The notes beneath the pieces are model-generated. The model ran no database searches. It was not told where the DNA came from and worked only from the letters and a program-made list of their open reading frames with translations. 64,000 bases of DNA, from NCBI GenBank assembly GCA_963828165.1, contig CAWHDR010000001.1, positions 736,001-800,000 of the forward strand. The letters are read 5' to 3'. Position 1 is the first letter of the stretch. Each line of letters opens with the position of its first letter. The position numbers and the translations under genes are program-made. Shown here piece after piece: positions 1 through 9,897 of this stretch. The DNA comes from an uncultured Chloroflexia bacterium (lineage in GTDB: Bacteria > Chloroflexota > Limnocylindria > Limnocylindrales > CSP1-4).

Positions 1-750
1 AGGCTCGGTCGCGTCGCCGTCCAGGTCGATCCAGAACACGTACTCCCAGGCCCGTTCGCGGCTCGGGCGCGACTCGAGCTTGCGCATGTTCAGGCCATGC
101 TCGGCCAGGACCTTGAGCACCGCAAGCAGCGTGCCGGGCTCGTTGCGGACCGCGACGACGATCGTGGTCCGCCGCAGCGCTGGCACGGCGACGAGCAGCG
201 GCACGGCCGCGCCGGGGCGTGCCAGCACGAGAAACCGCGTTCGGTTGTCGGGCAGGTCACCGATCTCGTCGGCGAGGATCTCCAGCCCGAACAACGCCGC
301 GGCCCTCGGCGACAGGACGGCGGCGGCCCCGAGCTCCCCGGCCTCGATGATGGCCTTGCCGGCTCCGGCCGTGTTGTAGGTCGAGAGGAGCTGCCACGGC
401 CGCGCTCGCAGGAACCCCTCGGCCTGGCCGAGGGCCTGGATGTGCGAGTAAACGCGTTCGATGTCCTCGAGGCGCTGGCCCGGCAACGTGGCGAGGCACA
501 GTCGCACGGGAACGACGACCTCGCCGCCGATCGTGAGGTCGTGCTCGATCAGGAGGTCGTAGTTCTCGCGGACGGTGCCGTGGATGACGTTTTCGATCGG
601 GACGACGCCGGCAGCGGCCCCGCCTGAGGCGACGGCCTCGAAGACGGCCCGGAAGCTCGCGACGGACCGGCGCTCGACGTCGCCGAACGCCACCAGGACG
701 GCGTCTTCCGCGAATGCACCCGGTTCGCCCGCGTAGGCGACGACGGTCAT
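1..750 (-). CDS. pheA: prephenate dehydratase (3' end runs off window)
   Basis: Translated by hand (not in ORF track): MTVVAYAGEPGAFAEDA at the N-terminus and ACT-domain LNMRKLESRPSRERAWEYVFWID. Confidence 0.9.
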   Translation of the reverse strand, partial: MTVVAYAGEPGAFAEDAVLVAFGDVERRSVASFRAVFEAVASGGAAAGVVPIENVIHGTVRENYDLLIEHDLTIGGEVVVPVRLCLATLPGQRLEDIERVYSHIQALGQAEGFLRARPWQLLSTYNTAGAGKAIIEAGELGAAAVLSPRAAALFGLEILADEIGDLPDNRTRFLVLARPGAAVPLLVAVPALRRTTIVVAVRNEPGTLLAVLKVLAEHGLNMRKLESRPSRERAWEYVFWIDLDGDATEP

Positions 751-943
751 CGATCCATTCCGCGCGGCGACCCGCGCTGGGGATCCGGGGGATCGAACAT
801 GGTCCCTCGCGTGCGGAACGGAGCGGTCTTTGCCCGTCGGCCCTCCCGGAAGTTTACGCACGAGTGCCTCGATGGTACCAACCGGTCGGGACCATGGAGG
901 TATGGGCCTTTCCTCCTATCGGGCGCAACGTACGGCTCAATTC

Positions 944-985
944 GTAATGCATCTGTAATGCGTGCGATTTCATCCATGAATTCAT
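944..985 (+). promoter_or_regulatory. AT-rich regulatory region upstream of the tasA-like operon
   Basis: GTAATGC direct repeat at 944 and 955 (11-bp period), plus palindrome ATGAATTCAT at 976-985. Confidence 0.4.
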
Positions 986-1001
986 TGAGGTACGCACTCC
1001 G

Positions 1002-1613
1002 ATGGACAAGGAAGTAACAGGTCACCGAACACGCCGACGTCGGCTGTCCGGGCTCCTGATCGGCGCGCTCGCCGTCGTGAGCCTGGGAGCCGGCCAGCTT
1101 TCGCTCGCGCTCTTCACCGACCAGGAAACGGTGCCCGGGACGTTCTCGTCCGGGAGCGTCATCCTCGACGATGTCAAGATCAACGCCCTGACATTGGCGA
1201 CCGCCGGTCTGGTCCCGGGCGACACCGTGACCGACGACGTCGTAGTCGAGAACGACGGCAGCGTCGAGCTGCGGTATGCCCTCTCGACGACGAGCACGAA
1301 CCCAGATACGAAGGCACTGCGCGACGTTCTGACGTTGACCGTCAAGGAGATCGACGCGACGACGCCGGGCACGCCGTGCGACGATTTCGACGGTGCCTCC
1401 GTCCTCGCCGCTACGGTGCTCGGCGCCAGCGGCGCCGGCTTCGGCAGCCCTGCCGTCGGCCCGCAGGCGGGCGACCGGACACTCGCCGCGGCGGCCAACG
1501 AGACCCTGTGCTTCCGGGTCACCCTCCCATCCGGGACCGGCAACGCCTACCAGGCCGCCACGACCACGACGACGTTCACGTTTGACGCCGAGCAGACCGC
1601 GAACAACCCGTAA
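1002..1613 (+). CDS. TasA/CalY (camelysin)-like protein with SipW-type signal peptide
   Basis: Basic N-region, hydrophobic core, GQLSLA|LFTD..TFSSG signature, LVPGD, VENDGS..LRY, C-terminal NAYQ..FDAEQ; adjacent to sipW. Confidence 0.85.
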   Translation: MDKEVTGHRTRRRRLSGLLIGALAVVSLGAGQLSLALFTDQETVPGTFSSGSVILDDVKINALTLATAGLVPGDTVTDDVVVENDGSVELRYALSTTSTNPDTKALRDVLTLTVKEIDATTPGTPCDDFDGASVLAATVLGASGAGFGSPAVGPQAGDRTLAAAANETLCFRVTLPSGTGNAYQAATTTTTFTFDAEQTANNP

Positions 1614-1615
1614 CG

Positions 1616-2239
1616 ATGGCTTCGCACGCCGGCTCGGCCAGGGTGGCCGCGCCGGTGACGCACCAGCACAAGGGGCGATCGGTGGCCACTACGGGCGCGA
1701 TCACGATCTTGCGACGCACCCTGAGCGTGCTGTGGATCACGTCGCTCGCGGCGGTGGTCCTGCTGGCCCTGGCGGCCAACCTCGGGCCCAGGTTCGGGCT
1801 CGAGGTCTTCGCCGTACGCGGCGGGTCGATGGCCCCGGCCATCCCGGTCGGCGCCGCCGTCATCGCCGTGCGGACCGAACCCGCGGCGATCCGAGTCGGC
1901 GATGTCGCCACGATCCGGGCCGACAACGGGGTCGTGTTCACGCATCGCGTCATCGAGATCGACGCGAGCGAAGCGGACCACTGGCTGCGCACCAAGGGCG
2001 ACGCCAACACGACCGCCGACGCCGCCACGGTGCCGCCGACGTCGGTGATCGGCGTGGTCGCGGTAACGATCCCCCTCGCCGGCTATCTCATTGCCATGAT
2101 GGCGACATCGGCCGGCATCGTGAGCTACATCGCCTATGCGCTGGCACTGCTGCTCGGGATCTCGGTACTGGAAGAGATGCAGCGCACGAGCGTCCACCAG
2201 CGCCGACTGGCCGGCATGCCGGATGTCTCCCGCGCGTAG
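1616..2239 (+). CDS. sipW: signal peptidase I, SipW (ER-type) family
   Basis: GGSMAPAIPVG (catalytic Ser), THRV (His), TKGDAN..D; membrane anchors at both ends. Confidence 0.9.
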   Translation: MASHAGSARVAAPVTHQHKGRSVATTGAITILRRTLSVLWITSLAAVVLLALAANLGPRFGLEVFAVRGGSMAPAIPVGAAVIAVRTEPAAIRVGDVATIRADNGVVFTHRVIEIDASEADHWLRTKGDANTTADAATVPPTSVIGVVAVTIPLAGYLIAMMATSAGIVSYIAYALALLLGISVLEEMQRTSVHQRRLAGMPDVSRA

Positions 2240-3200
2240 GATCGCCACCACGACCCTGGTCACCGTTCTCGCGGGCTACCTGCTCGGCGGGGGCGGTCAA
2301 CTCGCGCTCGCCTTCCTGGGGGACACCGAGATCGACCCGGCGACGTTCTCGACCGGCTGCTTCACCGTCGACACCACTCCGCCGTCGGTGAGCACCACGG
2401 TGATCTCCAAGACGCCCCAGTACCTCCCGGGCTTCATCCGCCAGGGCGGTACGTACTTCATCTACGCCAATGTCACCGACGCTGGTTGCGGGATCTCGAC
2501 GGTGAGAGCCAACGTCGGGACCATCACGACCGGGCTGACCGCAGTCTCTCTGGTGTTGGGAACGTACACCGTCGGGGGAGTCAGCTACAACTATCGAAGC
2601 AGTTCACGCACCGCGAACGCGACACTTGCAGAGGGCCCCCAGGCCTACTCGATCACGTCCACCGACAGCGCGGCGAACAGCCAGACCCAGTCAGGCTACG
2701 GCGTCATCGTCGACAACACCCGGCCGACCGCCACGGACGTCGAGACCGCCAACGGTGGCCTGAACCCCGGCACTCCCGAGCTGGGCGACACGCTGACGCT
2801 GACGTTCGCGGAGGTCATCGACCCGCAGAGCGTACTGGCCGGCTGGACCGGCGCCGCCACGAATGTGGTCGTCCGCATCACGAACAACGCGACCGGCGAC
2901 CGCGTCACCATCCGCAATGCGGCCAACACGGCTCAGCTCCCGCTGGGGACGGTCAACCTCATCGGCCAGAGCTACGTCACCGCTACCCGCGACTTCGGGG
3001 CGACGGGGACCGCGTCGACCATGGTCCAGACCGGGGCAACGATCACGATCACGATGGGCACGCCGTCGGGGGCGACAGGCACCGAGCTCACGCCGGGGAC
3101 CATGGCATGGACCCCGGTCACGACCGCCACGGATCGCGCCGGCAATACGTGCCAGACCACCGTCGCGACCGAAACGGGGCCCCTCGACCTCGAGTTCTGA
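2223..3200 (+). CDS. second SipW-dependent secreted protein, Thr-rich, beta-strand repeats
   Basis: GQLALA|FLGD..ATFSTG matches the signal region of 1002..1613; repeated DTTPP/DNTRP and TDSAAN/TDRAGN motifs. Confidence 0.7.
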   Translation: MSPARRIATTTLVTVLAGYLLGGGGQLALAFLGDTEIDPATFSTGCFTVDTTPPSVSTTVISKTPQYLPGFIRQGGTYFIYANVTDAGCGISTVRANVGTITTGLTAVSLVLGTYTVGGVSYNYRSSSRTANATLAEGPQAYSITSTDSAANSQTQSGYGVIVDNTRPTATDVETANGGLNPGTPELGDTLTLTFAEVIDPQSVLAGWTGAATNVVVRITNNATGDRVTIRNAANTAQLPLGTVNLIGQSYVTATRDFGATGTASTMVQTGATITITMGTPSGATGTELTPGTMAWTPVTTATDRAGNTCQTTVATETGPLDLEF

Positions 3201-3206
3201 CCGCCC

Positions 3207-3764
3207 TCAGCCCTGGCGGTTGAACCAGTCGGTCGTGTCGATCTCGCCGGACTCCTCGTCGAGCTCCGCACGTCGCTCGCGGGCCGCGCCGGCCGTCACG
3301 GGCGCCTTGGCGCGGGCGCGCTTGCCGGTGGCGGCGGCCGCTTCCGGCGCGCCTTCCCAGTGTGCCTCGCCCAGCATCGCGTTGAGCGCGACGATGTACG
3401 CCTCGATCGAGGCGGCGATGATGTTCGTCCCCCGCGCCTCGCCGCCGTATTCGCCCGTGCCGCGTTCGCCGGCAGCGTCCGGTGGGGCGATGCGGACCGT
3501 CACGGCGCCGATCGTGTCGGTCCCCTCCCCCAGCGCATGGATGTCGTAGGCGAGGAGACGCGGGTGGCCGTCGAGGATCTCCGAAAGCGCCTGGTCCACC
3601 GCGCGGAAGAGCGCGTCGATCGCGCCGTTGCCCTCGGCAGAGGCGCGCCAGTGATGGTCGCCGGCGTCGATGATGACCGCGCCCCGGCTGCGCGCGTTGG
3701 AGCCGGATTGGACGGTCCAGCGGGCCAGGTGCAGGGTGGGCGTTTCGGTCGATGGCTCCGGCAT
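3207..3764 (-). CDS. stand-alone LeuA/CimA allosteric (regulatory) domain protein
   Basis: AEGNGAIDALFRAVDQAL..L..Y.I.A..EG.D and GTNIIAASIEAY..ALN, no catalytic domain; GGAGGT RBS. Confidence 0.8.
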   Translation of the reverse strand: MPEPSTETPTLHLARWTVQSGSNARSRGAVIIDAGDHHWRASAEGNGAIDALFRAVDQALSEILDGHPRLLAYDIHALGEGTDTIGAVTVRIAPPDAAGERGTGEYGGEARGTNIIAASIEAYIVALNAMLGEAHWEGAPEAAAATGKRARAKAPVTAGAARERRAELDEESGEIDTTDWFNRQG

Positions 3765-3768
3765 CCGA

Positions 3769-5454
3769 CTACCTCCGGGTCGCTGTGGCGGGATCGTCCG
3801 CGGGGACCTCGCTGGCGGGTCCTGTCGTGAAGTGTCGCTCATCGCGCCGGCGCAACTCCGCGCCGGACTTCCAGATCGCGTACTCGAGCGAGTCGGCGAG
3901 GGCCGACGCCGAGGCCGCGATGATGTTCGTGTCGCTGCCCATCGTCGACCATGTTCGAGCGCCGTCCTGCGAATCGATGATCACGCGGGTGCGCGCGGCC
4001 GTGGCGGCATCGCCGTCCAGGATGCGCACCTTGTAGTCCACGAGGTGGACGTCGTCGATCGCCGGATAGAACGCGCGGAGCGCCTTGCGCAGCGCGGCGT
4101 CCAGGGCGTTGACCGGGCCGTTGCCGTCGGCGGCCGTATGCAGCACCTCGCCGTCGACCGCCACCTTCACCGTCGCCTCCGCGAGCAGCTCGCGACCGTC
4201 CCGCTGCTCGACGAGACAGGTGTAGTCGACGATCCGGAAGGGTGCCGCATAGTCCGCCGCGTGCCGCCGGATGAGGAGCTCGAACGAGGCTTCGGCGCCC
4301 TCGAATGCCAGGCCGTCGGCCTCGAGCTGCTTGATGAGCCGGGACAGCTCGCGCGGGTCGATCCCCTCGAGGTCGTGGCCCAGCTGGCGCGCCCGGATGG
4401 AGGTGTTCGCCCGCCCGCCGAGCTCCGAGACGACGAGCCGGCCGATGTTCCCGACGGCGGTCGGCTCGACGTGCTGGTAGGAGCGCTCGACCTTCGCGAC
4501 GGCCGCCCCGTGGACCCCGCCCTTGTGCGCGAACGCCGACCGCCCGACATAGGGCTGGTAGTCGTTGGGCGTGAGGTTCGCGATCTCGGCGACGCTGCGC
4601 GACAGCTCGGTCAGGCCCTCGAGGCGGCCGCCGCCCGCGGGCACGAGCGCGTGGGGCGTCTTGAGCGCGAGGTTCGCGAGGATCGAGACCATGTTGGCGT
4701 TGCCAGCGCGCTCGCCGTAGCCGTTGATCGTCGCCTGGACGTGCCGGATGCCGGCGGCGACCGCCGCCATGGAGTTCGCCACCGCGAGCTCGGCGTCGTT
4801 GTGGGTATGGATGCCCCAGGTCACGTCCGGCGCGCCCGTGTCGCCGTCGAGGGACGTCCGGACGTCGACGACGATCCGGCTGAGTTCGTCGGTGAGCGTG
4901 CCGCCGTTCGTGTCGCACAGGACGAGCGTGCGGGCGCCGGCCCCCCGCGCGGCTCGCAGCGTGGACAGCGCGTACTCGGCGTCGTCCTTGTAGCCGTCGA
5001 AGAAGTGCTCTGCGTCGTAGATGGCTTCGCGGCCACGGTCGACGATGAACCTGATCGAGTCCGCCACCATGTCGAGGTTCTCCTGCGGCGTCGCGCCGAG
5101 GACCTCCGTCACGTGGAGGAGCCACGACTTCCCGAAGATCGTCACGACCGGGGTCTCGGCCGCGACGAGCTCGCGCAGGTTCGGATCATCGTTCGCCGCG
5201 TTCGAACGATGGCGCGTCGACCCGAATGCCGCGAGCTTGGCGGTCTCCCAGCGCACGGTGCGGGCGGCGGCGAAGAACTCGATGTCCTTGGGGTTGGAGC
5301 CTGGCCAGCCGCCCTCGATGTAGGGCATCCCGAACTCGTCGAGCATGCGCGCGACCCGAAGCTTGTCGGCCAGCGAGAGCGTCACGTTCTCGCCCTGGGT
5401 CCCGTCGCGCAGGGTCGTGTCGTACAGGATGACCGGGGCATCGCTCGGGATCAT
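3769..5454 (-). CDS. cimA: citramalate synthase
   Basis: [56 protein letters not shown]; ATGA overlap with leuB. Confidence 0.9.
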   Translation of the reverse strand: MIPSDAPVILYDTTLRDGTQGENVTLSLADKLRVARMLDEFGMPYIEGGWPGSNPKDIEFFAAARTVRWETAKLAAFGSTRHRSNAANDDPNLRELVAAETPVVTIFGKSWLLHVTEVLGATPQENLDMVADSIRFIVDRGREAIYDAEHFFDGYKDDAEYALSTLRAARGAGARTLVLCDTNGGTLTDELSRIVVDVRTSLDGDTGAPDVTWGIHTHNDAELAVANSMAAVAAGIRHVQATINGYGERAGNANMVSILANLALKTPHALVPAGGGRLEGLTELSRSVAEIANLTPNDYQPYVGRSAFAHKGGVHGAAVAKVERSYQHVEPTAVGNIGRLVVSELGGRANTSIRARQLGHDLEGIDPRELSRLIKQLEADGLAFEGAEASFELLIRRHAADYAAPFRIVDYTCLVEQRDGRELLAEATVKVAVDGEVLHTAADGNGPVNALDAALRKALRAFYPAIDDVHLVDYKVRILDGDAATAARTRVIIDSQDGARTWSTMGSDTNIIAASASALADSLEYAIWKSGAELRRRDERHFTTGPASEVPADDPATATRR

Positions 5455-6587
5455 GCCGGCACCCCCGCCTCGAGGGCGTCGATCACGGCCGTCGCCATGC
5501 CGGTCGTTCCGACGACCACCAGGCCGTCGTCGGGGTTGGCCGGGTCGGCGAGGTCGGCAGTCCGCCATCCGGCGTCCAGCGCCTGACTGACCGCGTCCTC
5601 GATGGCTCCCGAGACGTCCTTCCGGTCGAAGGACGAGAACATCATCATCGCCGCTGACAGGATCGTGCCGATCGGGTTCGCAAGGTCCTGGCCGGCGATA
5701 TCGGGGGCCGAACCGTGGATCGGCTCGTAGAGCCCGAACGTGCCATGGGCGGTCTGCCGGTCCGAGAGCGACGCCGACGGCAACATGCCGAGGCTCCCGG
5801 CAAGCACCGCCGCCTCATCCGAGAGGATGTCGCCGAACAGGTTCTCGGTCACGATGACGTCGAAGTCGGCCGGCCGGCGGATGAGCAGCATCGCGCACGA
5901 ATCGACGAGCTGGTGGCTCACCTCGAGGTCCGGCACGCGCCGGTGCTCCTCGTCCACGACCCGCCGCCAGAGACGCGACGTCGCGAGGACGTTGGCCTTG
6001 TCGACGCTGGTCAGGCGCCGACGCCGCCCGAGCGCGTACCCCGCGGCCACGAGGAAGATCCGCCGGATCTCGTCCTCGCCGTACGGCATGGTGTCCACGG
6101 CGAATCGGTCGCCTGGTTCCTCCCCGGCTTCCTGCCGCTCCCCGAAATACACGCCACCGGTGAGCTCACGGACGATGAGCAGGTCGACGCCTTCGAGTAA
6201 CTCCGGGCGGAGTGGCGAGGAACCCTTGAGCGCCGGATGGACTTTCACGGGGCGAAGGTTCGCGAAGAGCCCAAGACCGCCGCGCAGCGCAAAGAGCGCT
6301 TGCTCCGGGCGGACGGATGCGGCCGGATCGGACCACTTCGGTCCGCCGACGGCGCCCAGAAGGACCGCGTCGGCGTCGCGGCAGGTCTCGATGTCCTCGG
6401 GCCGGATCGCGACGCCGTACGTGTCGATCGCGATCCCGCCGGCCACGATCTCCGTCCAGTCCACGGCGAACCCGAATCGGTTTCCAGCGGCATCGACGAC
6501 GCGCCGCGCGGCGTCGACGACCTCGGGCCCGACCCCGTCGCCCGGGATCGTGACGATGTGGTAGGTGGGAAGACCGTCCTCCGTCAT
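5451..6587 (-). CDS. leuB: 3-isopropylmalate dehydrogenase
   Basis: [51 protein letters not shown]. Confidence 0.95.
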   Translation of the reverse strand: MTEDGLPTYHIVTIPGDGVGPEVVDAARRVVDAAGNRFGFAVDWTEIVAGGIAIDTYGVAIRPEDIETCRDADAVLLGAVGGPKWSDPAASVRPEQALFALRGGLGLFANLRPVKVHPALKGSSPLRPELLEGVDLLIVRELTGGVYFGERQEAGEEPGDRFAVDTMPYGEDEIRRIFLVAAGYALGRRRRLTSVDKANVLATSRLWRRVVDEEHRRVPDLEVSHQLVDSCAMLLIRRPADFDVIVTENLFGDILSDEAAVLAGSLGMLPSASLSDRQTAHGTFGLYEPIHGSAPDIAGQDLANPIGTILSAAMMMFSSFDRKDVSGAIEDAVSQALDAGWRTADLADPANPDDGLVVVGTTGMATAVIDALEAGVPA

Positions 6588-8224
6588 GGGAGGCCCTCGC
6601 CAGCGCGGAGGTTCGCGAAGGCCACGTCGACCCCGTTGATCTCGGCCCCATGGAGCTTGTTGGTCGCCACGAGATACGCGTCCAGCGACGCTTCGATGAT
6701 GTTCGTGGATAACCCGTGACCGGAGACCACCAGCGCACCGGGGCCCTCGTCGGACGAGCGGCGGCACCGCGCCAGGACCTGGCCCTGCGCATCCTCCCCG
6801 GCGGAGACGGCCTTGATCTCGTACTCGGTCAGGGTCGGGTGCCAGCCGAGCAGCGGCTGGAGCGTGTCGTCGACGGCCTTGAAGAGCGCGTTGACCGGGC
6901 CGTTGCCCGTCGACTCGGAACTTCGTTCGTCGCCGTTGACGCTGAGCGTCACGGTCCCGACCGCAGTGCCGCCGTGCGATGAGGTCACGCTCCAGCCCAC
7001 GAGCGCGATGCTCGCCTCGACCTCCGAGGTGCGCTGCTCCACGAGCGCGAGCAGGTCGGCGTCGGTGACGTCCTTCTTGGCGTCGGCGAGCTCGATGGCC
7101 TGGCGGTAGATGCTGTCGAGCGCGTCGCCCTCGAGCTCGTGGCCGAGCTCGCGCAGCTTGCCCTGCAGGCCCCGTCGACCGGACAGCTTGCCGATCGTCA
7201 GCTGGCTGCCGGACAGGCCGATCGATTGCGGCGTCATGATCTCGTACGTGAGCGGGTTCTTGATGACGCCGTCCTGGTGGATGCCGGATTCGTGGGCGAA
7301 GGCGTTGCCACCGACGATCGCCTTGTTGGGCTGGACCGCGAAACCGGTCAGGTAGGACACGAGTCGGGACGCGGCCGTGATGTGCTCGGTCTGGACACCG
7401 GAGCCGAGGTCCGGGAACTGCGTCGGCCTCGTTCGGAGGGCCATGACGACCTCCTCCAGCGACGCGTTGCCCGCGCGCTCGCCGAGGCCGTTGATCGTGA
7501 CCTCGACCTGGCGGGCGCCGGCCTGGACCGCGGCCAGCGTGTTGGCCGTCGCCAGGCCCAGGTCGTTGTGGCAGTGCACGCTGACCGTGGCCTGATCGCC
7601 CACCAGATCGACCACGCGGCCGACCAGCTTCCCGAATTCGGCCGGGATCGCGTATCCGACGGTGTCGGGGATGTTGACGGTCGACGCACCGGCCTCGACG
7701 ACCGCCTCGTACACCTGGAGCAGGTAGTCGATGTCGGTCCGTGACGCGTCCTCGGCGCTGAACTCGATCTCGGCGTCACGGCCGAGCTGTTCGCGGCCGT
7801 GACGGACCCAGCGGACCGCCTCGGCGAGCGCCGTGTCGCGATCGACGCGCAGCTTGTGCTTGAGGTGGATGTCGCTCGTGGCGATGAAGACGTGGAGGTG
7901 CGGGCGGTGCGCGACCTTGATCGCCTCGATCGCCCGTTGCGGGTCGCCGTCGCGGCAGCGGGCGAGCGCCGCCACCGCGATGTCCTGCGGGGTCTCCTGC
8001 GCGATCCGCCGCACGGCCTCGAAGTCGCCCGGCGAGGCGGCCGGGAATCCCGCCTCGATGACGTCGACCTTGAGGCGCGCCAGCTGGCGGGCCACCTCCA
8101 GCTTCTCCGCGGCGGTCAGGCCCGCGCCCGGTGCCTGCTCGCCGTCGCGCAGCGTCGTGTCGAAGATGCGGACCGTGCCCGGAGCGACGAACGGGCCGTC
8201 GGGCCGCGGTACCGGCGCGCTCAC
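6584..8224 (-). CDS. leuA: 2-isopropylmalate synthase
   Basis: [35 protein letters not shown] and C-terminal regulatory domain; GTG start overlapping the ilvC stop. Confidence 0.95.
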   Translation of the reverse strand: MSAPVPRPDGPFVAPGTVRIFDTTLRDGEQAPGAGLTAAEKLEVARQLARLKVDVIEAGFPAASPGDFEAVRRIAQETPQDIAVAALARCRDGDPQRAIEAIKVAHRPHLHVFIATSDIHLKHKLRVDRDTALAEAVRWVRHGREQLGRDAEIEFSAEDASRTDIDYLLQVYEAVVEAGASTVNIPDTVGYAIPAEFGKLVGRVVDLVGDQATVSVHCHNDLGLATANTLAAVQAGARQVEVTINGLGERAGNASLEEVVMALRTRPTQFPDLGSGVQTEHITAASRLVSYLTGFAVQPNKAIVGGNAFAHESGIHQDGVIKNPLTYEIMTPQSIGLSGSQLTIGKLSGRRGLQGKLRELGHELEGDALDSIYRQAIELADAKKDVTDADLLALVEQRTSEVEASIALVGWSVTSSHGGTAVGTVTLSVNGDERSSESTGNGPVNALFKAVDDTLQPLLGWHPTLTEYEIKAVSAGEDAQGQVLARCRRSSDEGPGALVVSGHGLSTNIIEASLDAYLVATNKLHGAEINGVDVAFANLRAGEGLP

Positions 8225-9274
8225 CGCGCCGCCCCGGGGGTCGTCGCCGCGGCCTGGGCCTGTCCGGCCTGCACCTCGACCGGGTTCAGGAACGGCATCT
8301 GGGCACGCAGGCGGCCGCCGACGCGCTCGATCAGGTGATCGTGGTCGGCCTGGCGCAGACGCTCGAACTCGTGCCGGCCGCTCTCGTTCTCCTCGATCCA
8401 GCGGTTCGCGAACGAGCCGTCCTGGATGTCCTTGAGCACGGCCTGCATCCGCTCGCGAACGCTCTCGTCGATGAGCCGCGGACCGGACACGTAGTCGCCG
8501 TACTCCGCGGTGTCGCTGACGCTGAAGCGCATGAAGTTGAGACCGCCGCGGTACATCAGGTCGACGATGAGCTTGAGCTCGTGCATCGTCTCGAAGTACG
8601 CGAGCTCCGGCTGGTAACCCGCCTCGACGAGCGTCTCGAACGCCATCTTCACCAGAGCCGACGTCCCGCCGCACAACACCGACTGCTCCCCGAAGAGGTC
8701 GGTCTCGGTCTCCTCGGCGAAGGTGGTCTCCAGCACGCCCGCGCGCGTCGAGCCGATCGCCCGGGCATAGGCCAGCACGCGGTCGCGCGCGGTGCCCGAC
8801 TGGTCGCGCTCGACGGCGAAGAGGGCCGGCACGCCACCGCCGGCCTGGTACACGGATCGCAGCAGGTGACCGGGTCCCTTTGGGGCGACCATCCCCACGT
8901 CGACGATGCCGGGCGGGTCGATCCGCCCGAATCGCAGGTTGAAGCCGTGGGCGAACATCAGGAGATGGCCGGCGCGAAGATGCGGGCCGATCTCGGCGTC
9001 ATAGACCGCCTTCTGCGACGGTGTCGGGCACGAGGATCATCACGACGTCCGCATCGCGCACGGCATCCGCGACGTCGCTGACCCGCAGACCGGCGTCCGA
9101 CGCGAGCGCCCGGCTCTTCGACCCCGGCGCCAGCCCGACGATGACGTCGACCCCGCTCTCGTGCAGATTCAGCGCATGGGCATGGCCCTGGCTGCCGTAC
9201 CCGATGATCGCGACCGTCTGTCCGGCGAGCGCCGAGGGGTCCGCGTCGTTGTCGTAGTACATCTTCGCCGTCAT
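8221..9274 (-). CDS. ilvC: ketol-acid reductoisomerase, +1 frameshift near 9016-9019 (probable sequencing error)
   Basis: [13 protein letters not shown] in ORF 8999..9274 and [20 protein letters not shown] in ORF 8221..8958; removing one base restores [17 protein letters not shown]. Confidence 0.9.
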
Positions 9275-9897
9275 CGCTTGATCGCCTCCTCGATGGACCC
9301 CGAACCCCTCGCCATCACGACGGCGCCGGTCCGGACCAACTCCTTGATGCCGTACGTCCGCACGAGCGACACGAACGTGTCGATCTCGGACTCGGTGCCG
9401 GTCACTTCCACGATGACCGAGCCATCGGCCAGGTCGACGACCCGGCCGCGCGAGAGCTCGACGAGCCGGAGCACCTCGTCGCGATTCGATTCGGTCGCCC
9501 GGATCTTCACGAATGCGAGCTCATGCTCCACGGTGGGGTCCGAGGTGACGTCCTGGACCTTGAGCACGTCGATCAGCCGGTAAAGCTGCTTGGCGGCCTG
9601 CTCGACCGCGACGTCGTCCCCGTGCAGGGTGATCGTCATGCGGCTCGTGTCCTCGCGGTCGGTCTTGCTGACGGCGAGGGAGTCGATGTTGAAGTTGCGA
9701 GCGCGCATGAGGCTCGACACGCGGTTGAGGACGCCCGGCCGGTTCATGACGATCGCCACGAGGACATGCCGACGCGTCTCGCCGCCACCTGGCAGCGAGC
9801 GCGGCGGCGGCGCTACGTGCGCCGGGGCGGGATGCGGCGCTTCGGCCGGGGTCGGCGTGGGACCGGGGCCCGTTCCGTTCGAGGTCGTGTCGGTCAT
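9271..9897 (-). CDS. ilvN: acetolactate synthase small (regulatory) subunit with Pro-rich N-extension
   Basis: [38 protein letters not shown]. Confidence 0.92.
   Translation of the reverse strand: MTDTTSNGTGPGPTPTPAEAPHPAPAHVAPPPRSLPGGGETRRHVLVAIVMNRPGVLNRVSSLMRARNFNIDSLAVSKTDREDTSRMTITLHGDDVAVEQAAKQLYRLIDVLKVQDVTSDPTVEHELAFVKIRATESNRDEVLRLVELSRGRVVDLADGSVIVEVTGTESEIDTFVSLVRTYGIKELVRTGAVVMARGSGSIEEAIKR

Noticed and set aside
795-865. GTAAAC...GGGCAAAG segment upstream of pheA resembling a second GEMM riboswitch or T-box
   Set aside because: Lacks the GGCAAAC/GACGCAAAG core, a convincing P2/P3 and the T-box consensus
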